Notes under the pieces: model-generated | The model's database searches: none | What the model was told of the DNA's origin: nothing | The model's input: only the letters and a program-made list of their open reading frames with translations | Assembly (NCBI GenBank): GCA_001244265.2 | Contig: CDLV01000007.1 | Span: forward strand, 1,240,001 to 1,304,000 | Length of the DNA stretch: 64,000 bases | Origin: Microbotryum violaceum | Taxonomy: Eukaryota | Direction of reading: 5' to 3' | Program-made: the position numbers and the translations under genes | In this document: positions 53,851 to 64,000 of the stretch, piece by piece | Layout of the letters: each line of letters begins with the position of its first letter | Position numbering within the stretch: position 1 is the first letter of the stretch

Positions 53851-56796
53851 ATGGATGCAATGTTTGGGTCAACCCGCGATTGGGATCTGCCGCCTCCTCA
53901 GGTATCGACCTCGGCTGCTCCCGTCGCCAGCGCCAGCGCGAGCACGAGCACGAGCAAGAGTGCAATCGATGCCTCCTCATCATCATCGTCCGTCGTAGGG
54001 TTGGACAAGCGTCCTACGACCGATAAGAAGCCGGCCAAGTCTGGTAGGCGACGCCTCGCGTGTGAGGTCAGTCATCCGAGCTCCCGTCGTCCCTGATTGC
54101 CGAGTGCATGACTCGATCTGATCCAAGCACCGGCAGCCCTGTCGCGCAAGACGGATCAAGTGCGCATGGCAGGCCGAGACCTCCCAGAGTTGCATTGCTT
54201 GTGACGAGGCCGATCTCAAGTGAGTGCGACGTCGCGTGTGCATCCCACCACGCTGCACTGACACTGAGCGTACCGTGCCTTGCGATCCAAATTCACAGAT
54301 GCCCCGGTGAGGCTCAACCTCGCAAACGACGAAAGAGATGCGACAGTGCCCAAGCACAACAAGCACATGCACACGCACAGGAACCGAAGCCGCTGGAGCT
54401 TGCAGTGGACACCAAGTCAGTTGTGTTGTTGTTGCTTCTTCCTGCCGTTCCACTGCTGATCAGCGGTCACGTCGGATACCCTCCGCAAGACCCGACATCG
54501 TGCAAGCCGATCAGTACGAACTCGGAGGGGCCTTGACCTTCCATCTCATCCAGTAAGTTCCAGCGGCGACCCCTATGATCATCGCGGCAGACCAACCTTG
54601 TCCTCCTCTTTCAACAGACTTTGCTTCAACATGGCCAACCCTTGCATTTCCGGGCTCGATTACGATCTGTTCCAAGCGCTGCTCAACAACTCCGCTGGCG
54701 TCTCGCGCGAGTTGGAAGTGGCGGCCGAGGTATGTACCTACCGCTGTCACATGTTTCGTTCCCAATCAGAGTCTAACGTCCAAACAAACCCGTCAGACTC
54801 TTTGTGGTGCACTCATCGCCGTCTCTGTGACATTCTCGGATCACGAGGTGAGTCAACCCATCGTCCGGCGAGGCCAAAGCGCCGCGCGCCCCCCACATGC
54901 GTCGAGAGCACGTGACCCAGCCAGCTGACAAGGCCTTGATCTCGGCGCGTTGGGCAGCTCTTCATCGGCCCCTCTCCCAAACCCGAAATACCCTACGACG
55001 AACCTTCCGGGATCAAAGCTTCGGTCGCACAATACGACAAGCTCGTCTCGTTCGGAAGACGACGTCAAGAAGCTGTACAGCACTTCGTCACGCGCGCGCT
55101 CAAGCTATACGCCGAGTCTAGGATCGATTATTATCCTTCGATCGAGGCGATCTATACGATGCTCGCAATGGACCATTGTCTTAGCTTGACGACGGAAGGT
55201 ATCAGGACTCAGAGGCGATTCGTGGACTCGGCTATCGAGATGTTCAAGCTGCTCACGCGACGGCGGGCGGAGCTGCCGAAGCCCATCCAAGAGGCTCTGA
55301 TTGGACCTCTGAGCCATACGCTTCTCGTAAGTCCGTCACGATACGGATCAATACATTGGGGGAACCTAACCACTGAGTTCTCTCTTCTTCTCTTTCTCCC
55401 TCAGAGCCTAGACGCACAGACTGCTGCCGTCCTCAAGACCCCATCGGCGATGTGAATAGTTCTCTTCGGCTATCATCCTTGGGGCTCGACTTGCTAAACC
55501 CTTCTCCACACCAACCCCAGTTCGAACGATGAGCTGGGCTTTTACTTTCCACAGATTCAGTTGGATGATACCTTTTTCAGTTCTCTTCACCATCCGAGCC
55601 GCATCATCGATCGGAAGCAAGGTTGGACCGAACTCGGGAAACAGACCGCATCGATTGGGATGGTCATCACTCGCCTCTATAGGCGCTTAGTCGACAATGG
55701 GAATCGTACGTCACCAAGAGCCACACAAACCACTGTAATGATCTCTGAATAGAAAATTGGAGCTCTTGTAGGGCTGGGATATCACATCTCGGAGATTTGG
55801 AGAGGAGTGGAGATGGTGCGACTTTGGCTCGACGACGCCGAAGCAACGGTCCTGTGCCGCCTCACGCCCCTCGCAAGCAAAGAGTTGACCGACGAACGGG
55901 CGTTCGACCTCATCTCACTACTCAACTTTCATCGTCGTAACCTTTTCCGACTCGATCTGTTGGTACACCAACGTATCGTTGATGCCGCGGCAAAAGATCC
56001 AGCGCCGATCGCGTTGCAGCTCTACGCCACCTCCTGTGCGCGCGTACAAGCACTTTTCAAACTGGTCGTCGTCATGGCCAAGGAGATTACGAGGACCTCG
56101 GCGTTGATCCAGGCAAGAAGGCTCTTTGAAGTATTGGAGTGTTGTTTGACGTGGTCGAGTATGCGGAGTAGTCGTCCACCCGAAGTGGCGGATTTGATTA
56201 CCGAATTGGGCATCACAAAGGATATGGGTACAACGTGAGCCTTGCAAGTCCCTCGTGTATCATTGTCGAGGATGCTGACCTTGGTACTTCTGTTTTCGTC
56301 TGCAAGTATAATGAACATGCTGGCCCTCGCTTCGTGGTCCTCGGCACTAGCAGACGTCCAACGCCGTTCACTGCGCAACGGCTTCACTCACCTCAGCAAA
56401 CAAGCGACGCCAGCACCCGAACCAACCCCTGTAGTCGAGGTCAAAGAACAGCCGAAGCCCGATCCAATCGCTCCGACGCGAGCGGCATCGGTCCCTGATC
56501 CGACCCCCCCTCCCCTGTCTCACGCTCCATGCGTCATTGGACATCCCATACTTCCCATCATCCCACCCGAGTACCCCTCTATGTCGATGTACCCCACCCA
56601 GCCGCCGATCACGCAAGCGAACATCTTTCCCACGCCTTTAACATATGGATCCATCGTTTCACCAATTATCCCCTTTGCAACCCCTTCATTCCTGGGGGAC
56701 GAAGCCTCGTTCGAAACATCATTACCACCACAGCAGAACTCGTATGATGCTGCTTTCGAGTTCTTGATGAGCGGGACCAACAAGCCCCACTTTTGA
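53851..56796 (+). CDS. Zn(II)2Cys6 fungal transcription factor
   Basis: Spliced cluster RRRLACE/PCRARRIKCAWQAETSQSCIACDEADLK/CP (Cx2Cx6Cx9Cx2Cx6C), RKRRKR NLS, multi-exon body and Pro-rich tail. Confidence 0.85.
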
Positions 56797-56987
56797 ACTC
56801 TTCTTTGGTCATGGAATAGACTCGATACGTTCTTGCGCTTAAGTATCAATGTCTGTATATTATGAATGTCTGTATACTAGTCTTTCAGTTGGTCGAGCGC
56901 TGTAGCTTTCCCTGAGCCCCTCACATAGACTTGATCACCAATCTCTACCAGTAAAAATAGTGTGCATCGCCTGTAAATCACATTCAC

Positions 56988-59008
56988 CTATAGCTTGGCC
57001 TTGAAACTCAGTTTCTGGTCGTTCTTGGAAATCACCGCTTCGGCCTGCCTCAACCCGAGGCTACTCATGATTTCGTCCGAGCCTCCTCCGATGCACATCA
57101 CACGCAAATCTCTCGAGCTGTAGACGAACGATGATATAGTATACAAAAAATCAGTTCCTCCGTATGTGACAAGGCAGCAAGAAGAGCTCACATCTGTTCG
57201 ACCCGACCTCCTATCCCACCCCTCTGGTACCCAATCCCTGCGTGACCCATGAGTTTAGTTCATATCTCCCCATCACAAAATAATCTCATGTTTCCCCCAC
57301 CTACCTCCCAAAATCTGCAAAGCCTCCCTATTACACCTTTCCAAACCTCTCGTACAAGAGACTTTGAGCAACGCCGCTTGACCAGCCAGTTCGATGTCCG
57401 CGACGACTTTGGGGAGGACGGAGAGTTGAAACGCCAGAGCTTCGATCCAGGAATGGTTGGCGGTGATGATGAGCGCCATGTCGGAGATCTGGGCACATGG
57501 GGTCGAAGGTATTAGATCGAGGGGCTCCGAGGGATTTGTCACTACGGCCAGAGTACGTTAGGGAGACACACTTTGGCTCGGAGGATGGGCGAGGAGATGA
57601 GTGGTTTGCCAAACGTATGACGCTTCGTAGCGTACCTGGCAGAAAGAAAAACAATTGCGAGGTTCAAGTAGTGCTCCTCGGGTTAGCAAGTCGGGGCTCT
57701 CTTACTCGTAGGCATCCTCAAGGCACACGCGTGACATGCGGTTAGCTTGTACGGCGAGGAGGAATCGTTCTGTAAGAAATTTGACTTTCAGTCAGCGGCA
57801 GAAGAGCGTTTCACAGACCGGTAGATGGCGTCTTTAGCTCACCATGAAGAAAGTTGACCATGACCATGCGGAACCCGTCCCCGTCCTTGCCGATCAAATT
57901 GAAATCAGGGACACTGGGATCGACTCGTGTGATCGGAATGTCAGCTAACGGAATGGTACCCACCCGGCCATCTTTGACAGCTCACAAGACCTCATCCAGC
58001 TCGACATAGCTCGATCCCGATGCTTTCACCCCCGTGTTCTCGATCGACCGTGTCGTCACTCCGTCGGCGTAAAGATCGATAATCATGAAGGAGAGCCCCT
58101 TGTTCCCTGCGTCGCCGGTACGGACTGCGGTCATCATGTAATCGGAGAAAACGGCGTTGGTGATCCACTGGGCGAATGGGAAGGATGTTGCGTTAGCGAA
58201 AGCACTGCCTTCCCCCCAAAAATCGGGCCCTTGTAACAGGGGTCTCCGTGCTCGAACAATAGGTGCACGACACTGAGTTCGGGCGCACCTTCTTGCTCCC
58301 TGTCACTCTCCAACCTCCTGCAACTCTAGTTGCCGCCGTCTTGATGGCAGCAACATCACTGCCACCACTCGCCTCGGTGACCCCCAAACAGATCCTCTTT
58401 TCGCCCCTCAAGACCGGCCTCAGGAATTTCTGTCTCTGTTCGGTTGTTCCATACGCGACGAGTGGAGGAGCACCGATCGCATTGCCTCCCCCCAAAGCCC
58501 AAGTGACACCAAGATAACCTAGTCGTGCTCCTTCGTCGGACATGATGAGGTCACAAAAAGGGTCCCATTCCGAACGCTCCAAGCCGGCTGGGAGTTGGAT
58601 CCCATCTAGGTCTTGCGCATCGGGTAGAGGGTAGATCGAAGCGGCTGTCAAGCTGTCGGTCTTCTCAACATCAGTAGGGAAAAATTCAAAGTACTATGAA
58701 GGCAAATCGAAACTGCCGAAACTGACCCCGCTTTGGCTCTTTCCGTTGCCAAGGATTCAGGAACCTGCCCCAATTGTTCCCACTCGGCGGCATTCGGCAT
58801 CAAACGCTCGATGTGTTTGCGCATGAACGCCCGCAGCTTGACATGTTTTTCGGAGTAGTCGGGTGAAGGAGTGGGGTTTGTGTACCTATTTTAAGTACCA
58901 AGGCGAGTGTTGGATCAGTCAAGAGGACCCAAACCCATACGAAGCACACGGTGTAGTGACGATTCCCTGGTCGACGTGAAAGGCAGGGCGGCGAGCTCGG
59001 CATGACAT
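56988..59008 (-). CDS. Acyl-CoA dehydrogenase (start approximate)
   Basis: ICLGVTEASGGSDVA, GSKK/WITNA, LIGKDGDGF, RHTFGKPL, EALQILG, DLRVMCIGGGSDEIM; ends AKL, a PTS1-like tripeptide. Confidence 0.92.
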
Positions 59009-59713
59009 AGCCGGACGAGGTCCCTGGCCGCGTAGCTTAGGTAATGGCCTCACCAAGCAGGCTCAGCAAATGGCGTTGAAGTGTTGCCGAATGACATCTC
59101 TCGCTTGGAAACCTGAGTTGTCTACAGAGCTTGTACTGAAGCCGAGAGGTGATGCTCTGAAGAGAACAACCAGCGTGTCGATTGGATGGTCCTGGCCAAT
59201 TCTCCGAGTTGCCAATCGCAGTAGATCGCAGTCAACCGATCGGAGAGCGATCCTCGATCATCAAGCGTCTCGTTCGCTTAATTTTCCCTTAGGCAATCGG
59301 CACACGAATATGATGACGGTGTGGAAATTGAACTTGAATTTCCGGGGTACTGCCGAAGGAATTTTGCTGCACGTTCATCACAATATGTCCTCATTGACCC
59401 CTGTCTTGAGGCTTCAAGCGCTCCGAGCCGCATAGAAGACCATCCTCTTTCTTTCGTCGAACGCATATCCTTTTTTCTCGTTTATCGTACCGTACCTACC
59501 CATCGTAACTGCCCCTGAAGTTTCCTTCGTGGAGTAACTACGGTCCAGCGGCCCCGCCCGAAATTGATGTGAGCTGATTTGAAAAGAGCATTCAAACTTT
59601 CTCTCAAGCTGACTGGCGATGCGGCCCCAAAGATGCACAAACTTTTCATTCACTTTTACTCGGCGATTGACCTATATAATCGACCATCAACCATTGCGCT
59701 TCGAACAAATGTT

Positions 59714-62309
59714 CTACAGCATAATGACGCCGACGCCGGATCCCCCATCGGTGGCATCGATCCCGCCGAGGATGGGTTTGGTTGCGTAGTTGCTGGTAGG
59801 TGAAAGAATGAGGAGTCGTTAATAAAAGGTTCGCGCTCATGAGTTGGGAGCCAATAAGAACAACTTACTATAGGTAGTAGTGCAAGAATCCACTTCGAGG
59901 AGGAAGTGCAAAAGAAAAAAAGGGTCAGCATCCGCCTTGGTCGTAGATCTTATTCGAAATATGTGCTCATCACGTACTCTCCCTTGCCGAACTGTAGACA
60001 TGACGGGAAGCATATGAGCGATTGAGCACGATCGGCGATCACATATCATTCTCACTCACTTTGAGATCCTCCAAGAACAGACTGTTGTCTTGCAGTGTCA
60101 GAGCGTTGAGTACATCGAACCCGAGCTGAATTGGTTCATGCATCAGCCACGATCACCAAATCCATCATCCCATCAAGTCCACCCACCTTGGAAGTCAAGA
60201 TTAAGCAATCCGAAATCAACTCGATTAATCGCTTCTGCAACGTCTCCCTCTCCTCCTGGGTCTCGTCCTTCCAATTCGTCACCGCCGTCGCCGTTGACCC
60301 ATCGCCCAAATCGGCACAGGACGGGCAAGCAGTGGTGGCGTAGTAGAACAGGTAAGCAGCATTGACGAGCGTTCGGGTCGTCATTTTGGTCGCTGTTGAG
60401 GGGAGCGAGTAAAAAGAGAAGACGTCGGTGATCTTGCCCGTCCCCGGTTCCTGGAAGGGGAAGGTCAATCTGGTCAGCAACATTAAGGACTCGGTGACAA
60501 TGCACACAGAGAAGATCTTACCTCGACAACGTAGGTCCAAACGATCTGGCCGACCCTCTTGCCATCGACATCCTTTCCCCTCCCCGCAAGGAGCATATGC
60601 TCAACCTCCTTGTTCGCCATCGCAGGCGCGATATCGAACCGAGCATTATAAGCCCTGATCAACCTCGCGACCTGCTTCAAATCCTTCTTCTCCATCTCCC
60701 TCAATCCGACCAATTTGGTCTCGGTCGGGACGCGATAATGGTTGATCAAACGCGCCATGGTTGAGTTTCTCGGGATCGAGGTGAAGCCCGTCTTGACCAA
60801 TTTTTGTGGGTTCAAGTTGCGGTGGTAGTATTGGCAGCGCGAGACGGGAGTAGGGAGGTACGCTCCCGCCGTGTAGATGGCTTGGAAGATGCCGAAAAGG
60901 TGGGTGCGACGCGTCACTTCTTGGATCAGAAGTGGAGTCAAGCGCTTTGAGCGAAGCTTCTTGTGCACGCAGAGGAAGTTGATCTCGGTGCATCTCTTAG
61001 TTCTGAGGGAATGCAATGCGACGGCTTCAGTGATCTAGAACACGACACGTGGAGAATCTACGAGGGACGTACACGCTTCGGACTCGCAGGTCGAGAGGAA
61101 TACCCGAGATGAAAGCGACGAGTTTGCCCGTCGCGGCGACTCGGATGCCCACGTGCCAATCGGGTACGTACCCCGGTGGTTTCAGGGCCCTGCAGATATT
61201 ACGGGCGCTCCACAAGGTCAGCATATACCCCTACACATGAATCACAGGCTCCGTCTACCTACCACTCGAAAAACTCGGCGGAATAGTCGAATCGGAATGA
61301 TGCGTCCGGGTCCTCGACGTAGTTGTTGGTCATGAGATCGTAGACTTCTTTGAGCTGCGCACAGCCAACAACGAAAGATAGGGTCAGGCTCAAGACCATA
61401 GCGACCGGTGGGGAATGAACCGCTGACCTGGGCCGAGTCATTGAGCTCAACGTTGGACCAGACAAAGTCCTTGTGAAGCTTGATCGGCTCCCGAGGGATC
61501 TGTTCTATCGGGGTGTTGGGCTCGAGCGGTCCTTCGCGGACATCCTGCAGTGCTGTGTGCGGAACGGTCGAACGAAATGAGGTACTGCTCGTTCTCCGCG
61601 TCGTTACTCCCACTCACATTCGTCGAGCCTTGGAACGGGCTGGGTTGACCAGAACTTGTGAGATCTGGAACAAGGCCAAATGGGGAGTAAGCTTCTCTCC
61701 TCACGGCGGAGAGATACAAACTACATACGCCATGTCCTTGACGGCTTTTCCCATAAGCCCACTCTCCCCCTTGAGGAACTTCTCGTTGATGCCGGCCTGG
61801 TTGATGAGTTCCTGCACGTCAAGGCGCTGAAGCTTACCCGCGAGTTCGGGCTGGTCGAGCGCGAGCTTAGCCATGACGGCGTCGAGTTGGTTGTCGGTCA
61901 TCTTGATGCCTTCAGTGTTGGAGGTCGATGATGATGCCTGTCCTGACGAGGCGGTAGTCTTGGTGGCCTTGTTGCCCGGGCTGAGCTTCTTCTTGAGCGC
62001 GGCCGCGGACGACGCCAACGAGCCGGACTTCTTATTGCGAGCTCCCGGGGGTCCCCTCGGCTTGGGTGGCAAAAGCTTGGGAGCATTCGTCGTAGGTGCC
62101 GAAGCGGCCTCGTCGCCGGAAAAGTCGGGCAGTTGACCGTCGTAGCCGTCCTCGTCGTCCACGGTCGCACCGTTGCCGGTGGAGGGTGGGGCAGCTTCCG
62201 CAGCGACGTCTTGCGCTTGCGGAGCAGATGAGGTCGATGCCGTGGCCGATGAAGTGGGATCTGCACTAGTCGAGTGCTCGGATGTGCGCGGTACATCTGT
62301 GAATGCCAT
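59714..62309 (-). CDS. NMT1: Glycylpeptide N-tetradecanoyltransferase (N-myristoyltransferase)
   Basis: [71 protein letters not shown] and end GVGVIML. Confidence 0.96.
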
Positions 62310-62537
62310 GATTACTCCAAGGTACGATGGTGGAGTCAAGAACGAATGTTTTCTCATGTAAAGGCGCTCTCGCGCGCGGCCTGATGCGCTCGGACCTCCT
62401 CCACGTCGCGTGTCCTCCTGTCCCCCGTTGTCCCCCTGTCTTGACGGAGAGGCTTGACGGAGAGGCCTGACGGAGGGGCTTCCGTGGGCTTCCGCTGGCT
62501 TCCGTGTTCACACTCGCTCTCTCTCCTCTCTCTCAAC

Positions 62538-64000
62538 ATGGCGCGTCCCTCCTCCTCCCGCCCCCCTTCGCGCGCCAACACGCCCCACAAGACCTCGCTG
62601 CCCGTCGAACTGCTGCAGCTGGTGTATACAGCCGCCCAAGTCCCGCCCGAGAACGACGACGACGAGCACGTCCCGTTGCCGCTCGCACGGGTACGGCGTC
62701 ACCTCGATGCTTTGTATGACCCGCAGCGACAGGGCATAGCAAGAGGGAGGAGTCCGCTCGTAGCCAATGTATACGCGTAAGTCTGCGCTGGAGCTCTGGT
62801 CCAGGTGTTTCCCAAGCTGAGGAGCTTCGACGACGCGCCGCCGGCACGATGATAGACTCGCGGAGAGGTACAAGGTCGAGGCCGATTCGAATGAGATACT
62901 CGGGCAACAACTCGAGTCAACACTACACAGACTATTCCTCGCTTCAGAGAGGGACGAGGGCCTACTTCGAGTGAGCACCGTTCCCGCTCCTTTGAACCAA
63001 CAGCACTACACCCCCTCACGTGACCTCATCCTTTCTGCTCCCAGCCCGACCGAGTTCCCGATGCGCTACAATTCCTTCTCGCTCTGGCTTCCCCACCCAC
63101 ATCCGCAACCTTGGACTATGCCAAACTGTCGTCGCTTCAGGATACCCAACCTACCGCTGCAGCAACAGCTCCGACCCAAGTCGACTGGAAAACTCTGGTC
63201 GCCGGCTACGAGGGTGAACAAGATTGGGCACCACTGCCCTCGGCATACACCATCCCAGCCGAGTCATCCTCCGAAGATGAAGAAGAAAATGGACTCTCGT
63301 CCAGCTCTTCATTCAGCTCGGGCAACGACGACCACGACCTCCCCCTTACACCCGACGCGCCTCGGACTCGAAGGAAACAAACTCGATCACAACCCATCAT
63401 CCTACAAGGCGCTTCAAGCGTGATCCAACCGATCGAACCAGATTTTGAAGCGAGATTGAAGCTCATCAAAGAACAGTATTGGGATGGTTCAGGGCCTACA
63501 TCTCTGGATCCGCACGCCCATTTCAAGTCTAGTGATCCTAGCACGCTGATGGTCGGGCTGCAACGCGTGGGCTTGGAACAGGAATCACATGGGCGTCACT
63601 CGAGGCTTTTTTGGAGCGAGGTTGACCTTTATCGCGATGTCTTGGGAGCGCTTCAGGCGAGAAAGGACGCAGGGCTGTTCGTCAAGACCGCAGATGGATA
63701 TAAGGTAAGCAGAAAGTCGTCCGGACGAGGGAGTTGCTAAAAAAGGTTAAATCACGCCGTTCCGTCCAGGTCTCTCCTCGTGCCCCTTCCTTGCTGCATC
63801 TTTCGACCCAGTCGCTTCATTCACTCCTTGCGTCCTTCACGCCGACGCTAGATCTTTTGAAGATGATCGATAGGTTCCTGAGGTCGACCATCTTTGTACG
63901 ATCCATCACGGCTTCCTCAGCTCGATCAACCTCGATTGATGCGTTCGCATACTCGGTCAACGACATGATCGTGCGACCCTTTCGGAAATGGTGCACCTCA
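62538..64000 (+). CDS. Gamma-tubulin complex component (GCP5-like), 5' part, runs off the window
   Basis: PDALQFLLALASPPT, DW..L...EGEQDW, acidic stretch, EQYW, SEVDLYRDVLGALQ, PSLLHLST; family assigned from recall. Confidence 0.7.

Noticed and set aside
53851-59008. Secondary-metabolite or catabolic gene cluster around the Zn2Cys6 TF
   Set aside because: No backbone enzyme (PKS, NRPS or terpene synthase); the neighbours are functionally unrelated.
59070-59653. Small ORFs between the acyl-CoA dehydrogenase and NMT1 genes
   Set aside because: No recognisable motifs; probably promoter and 3' UTR sequence.

Overview
Intron-rich eukaryotic (fungal) genomic DNA of roughly 55% GC by eye. Gene content, short GT-AG introns and repeat style fit a Pucciniomycotina basidiomycete such as Microbotryum or a relative (inference, not proven). 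About 22 protein-coding genes can be reconstructed by splicing, in order: cytochrome-b5-fused sphingolipid desaturase, S-formylglutathione hydrolase, Atg14/UVRAG-like protein, GDP-L-fucose synthase, RPAIN-like protein, a two-RRM protein, a GNAT-Mss4 fusion, Spg1/Tem1 GTPase, an SDR-like oxidoreductase, an MFS transporter, an ING/PHD protein, frataxin, WDR59/Sea3, DUF1295, an Iec1-like C2H2 protein, capping protein beta, a GH43 hydrolase, a four-TM protein, EFM3/FAM86 methyltransferase, a Zn2Cys6 transcription factor, acyl-CoA dehydrogenase, NMT1 and a GCP5-like gene running off the window end. Mobile DNA comprises two diverged copies of an LTR-like repeat (one preceded by a polypurine tract), a 326-bp MITE inside a GH43 intron, and a 2073-bp TIR element with an exact 8-bp TSD in a divergent promoter. 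The most notable items are the GNAT-Mss4 fusion, the unclassified TIR elements and a densely structured first intron in the desaturase gene. No rRNA, tRNA, CRISPR array or coherent new multi-gene system could be supported. Gene coordinates are spans including introns and were spliced by eye.
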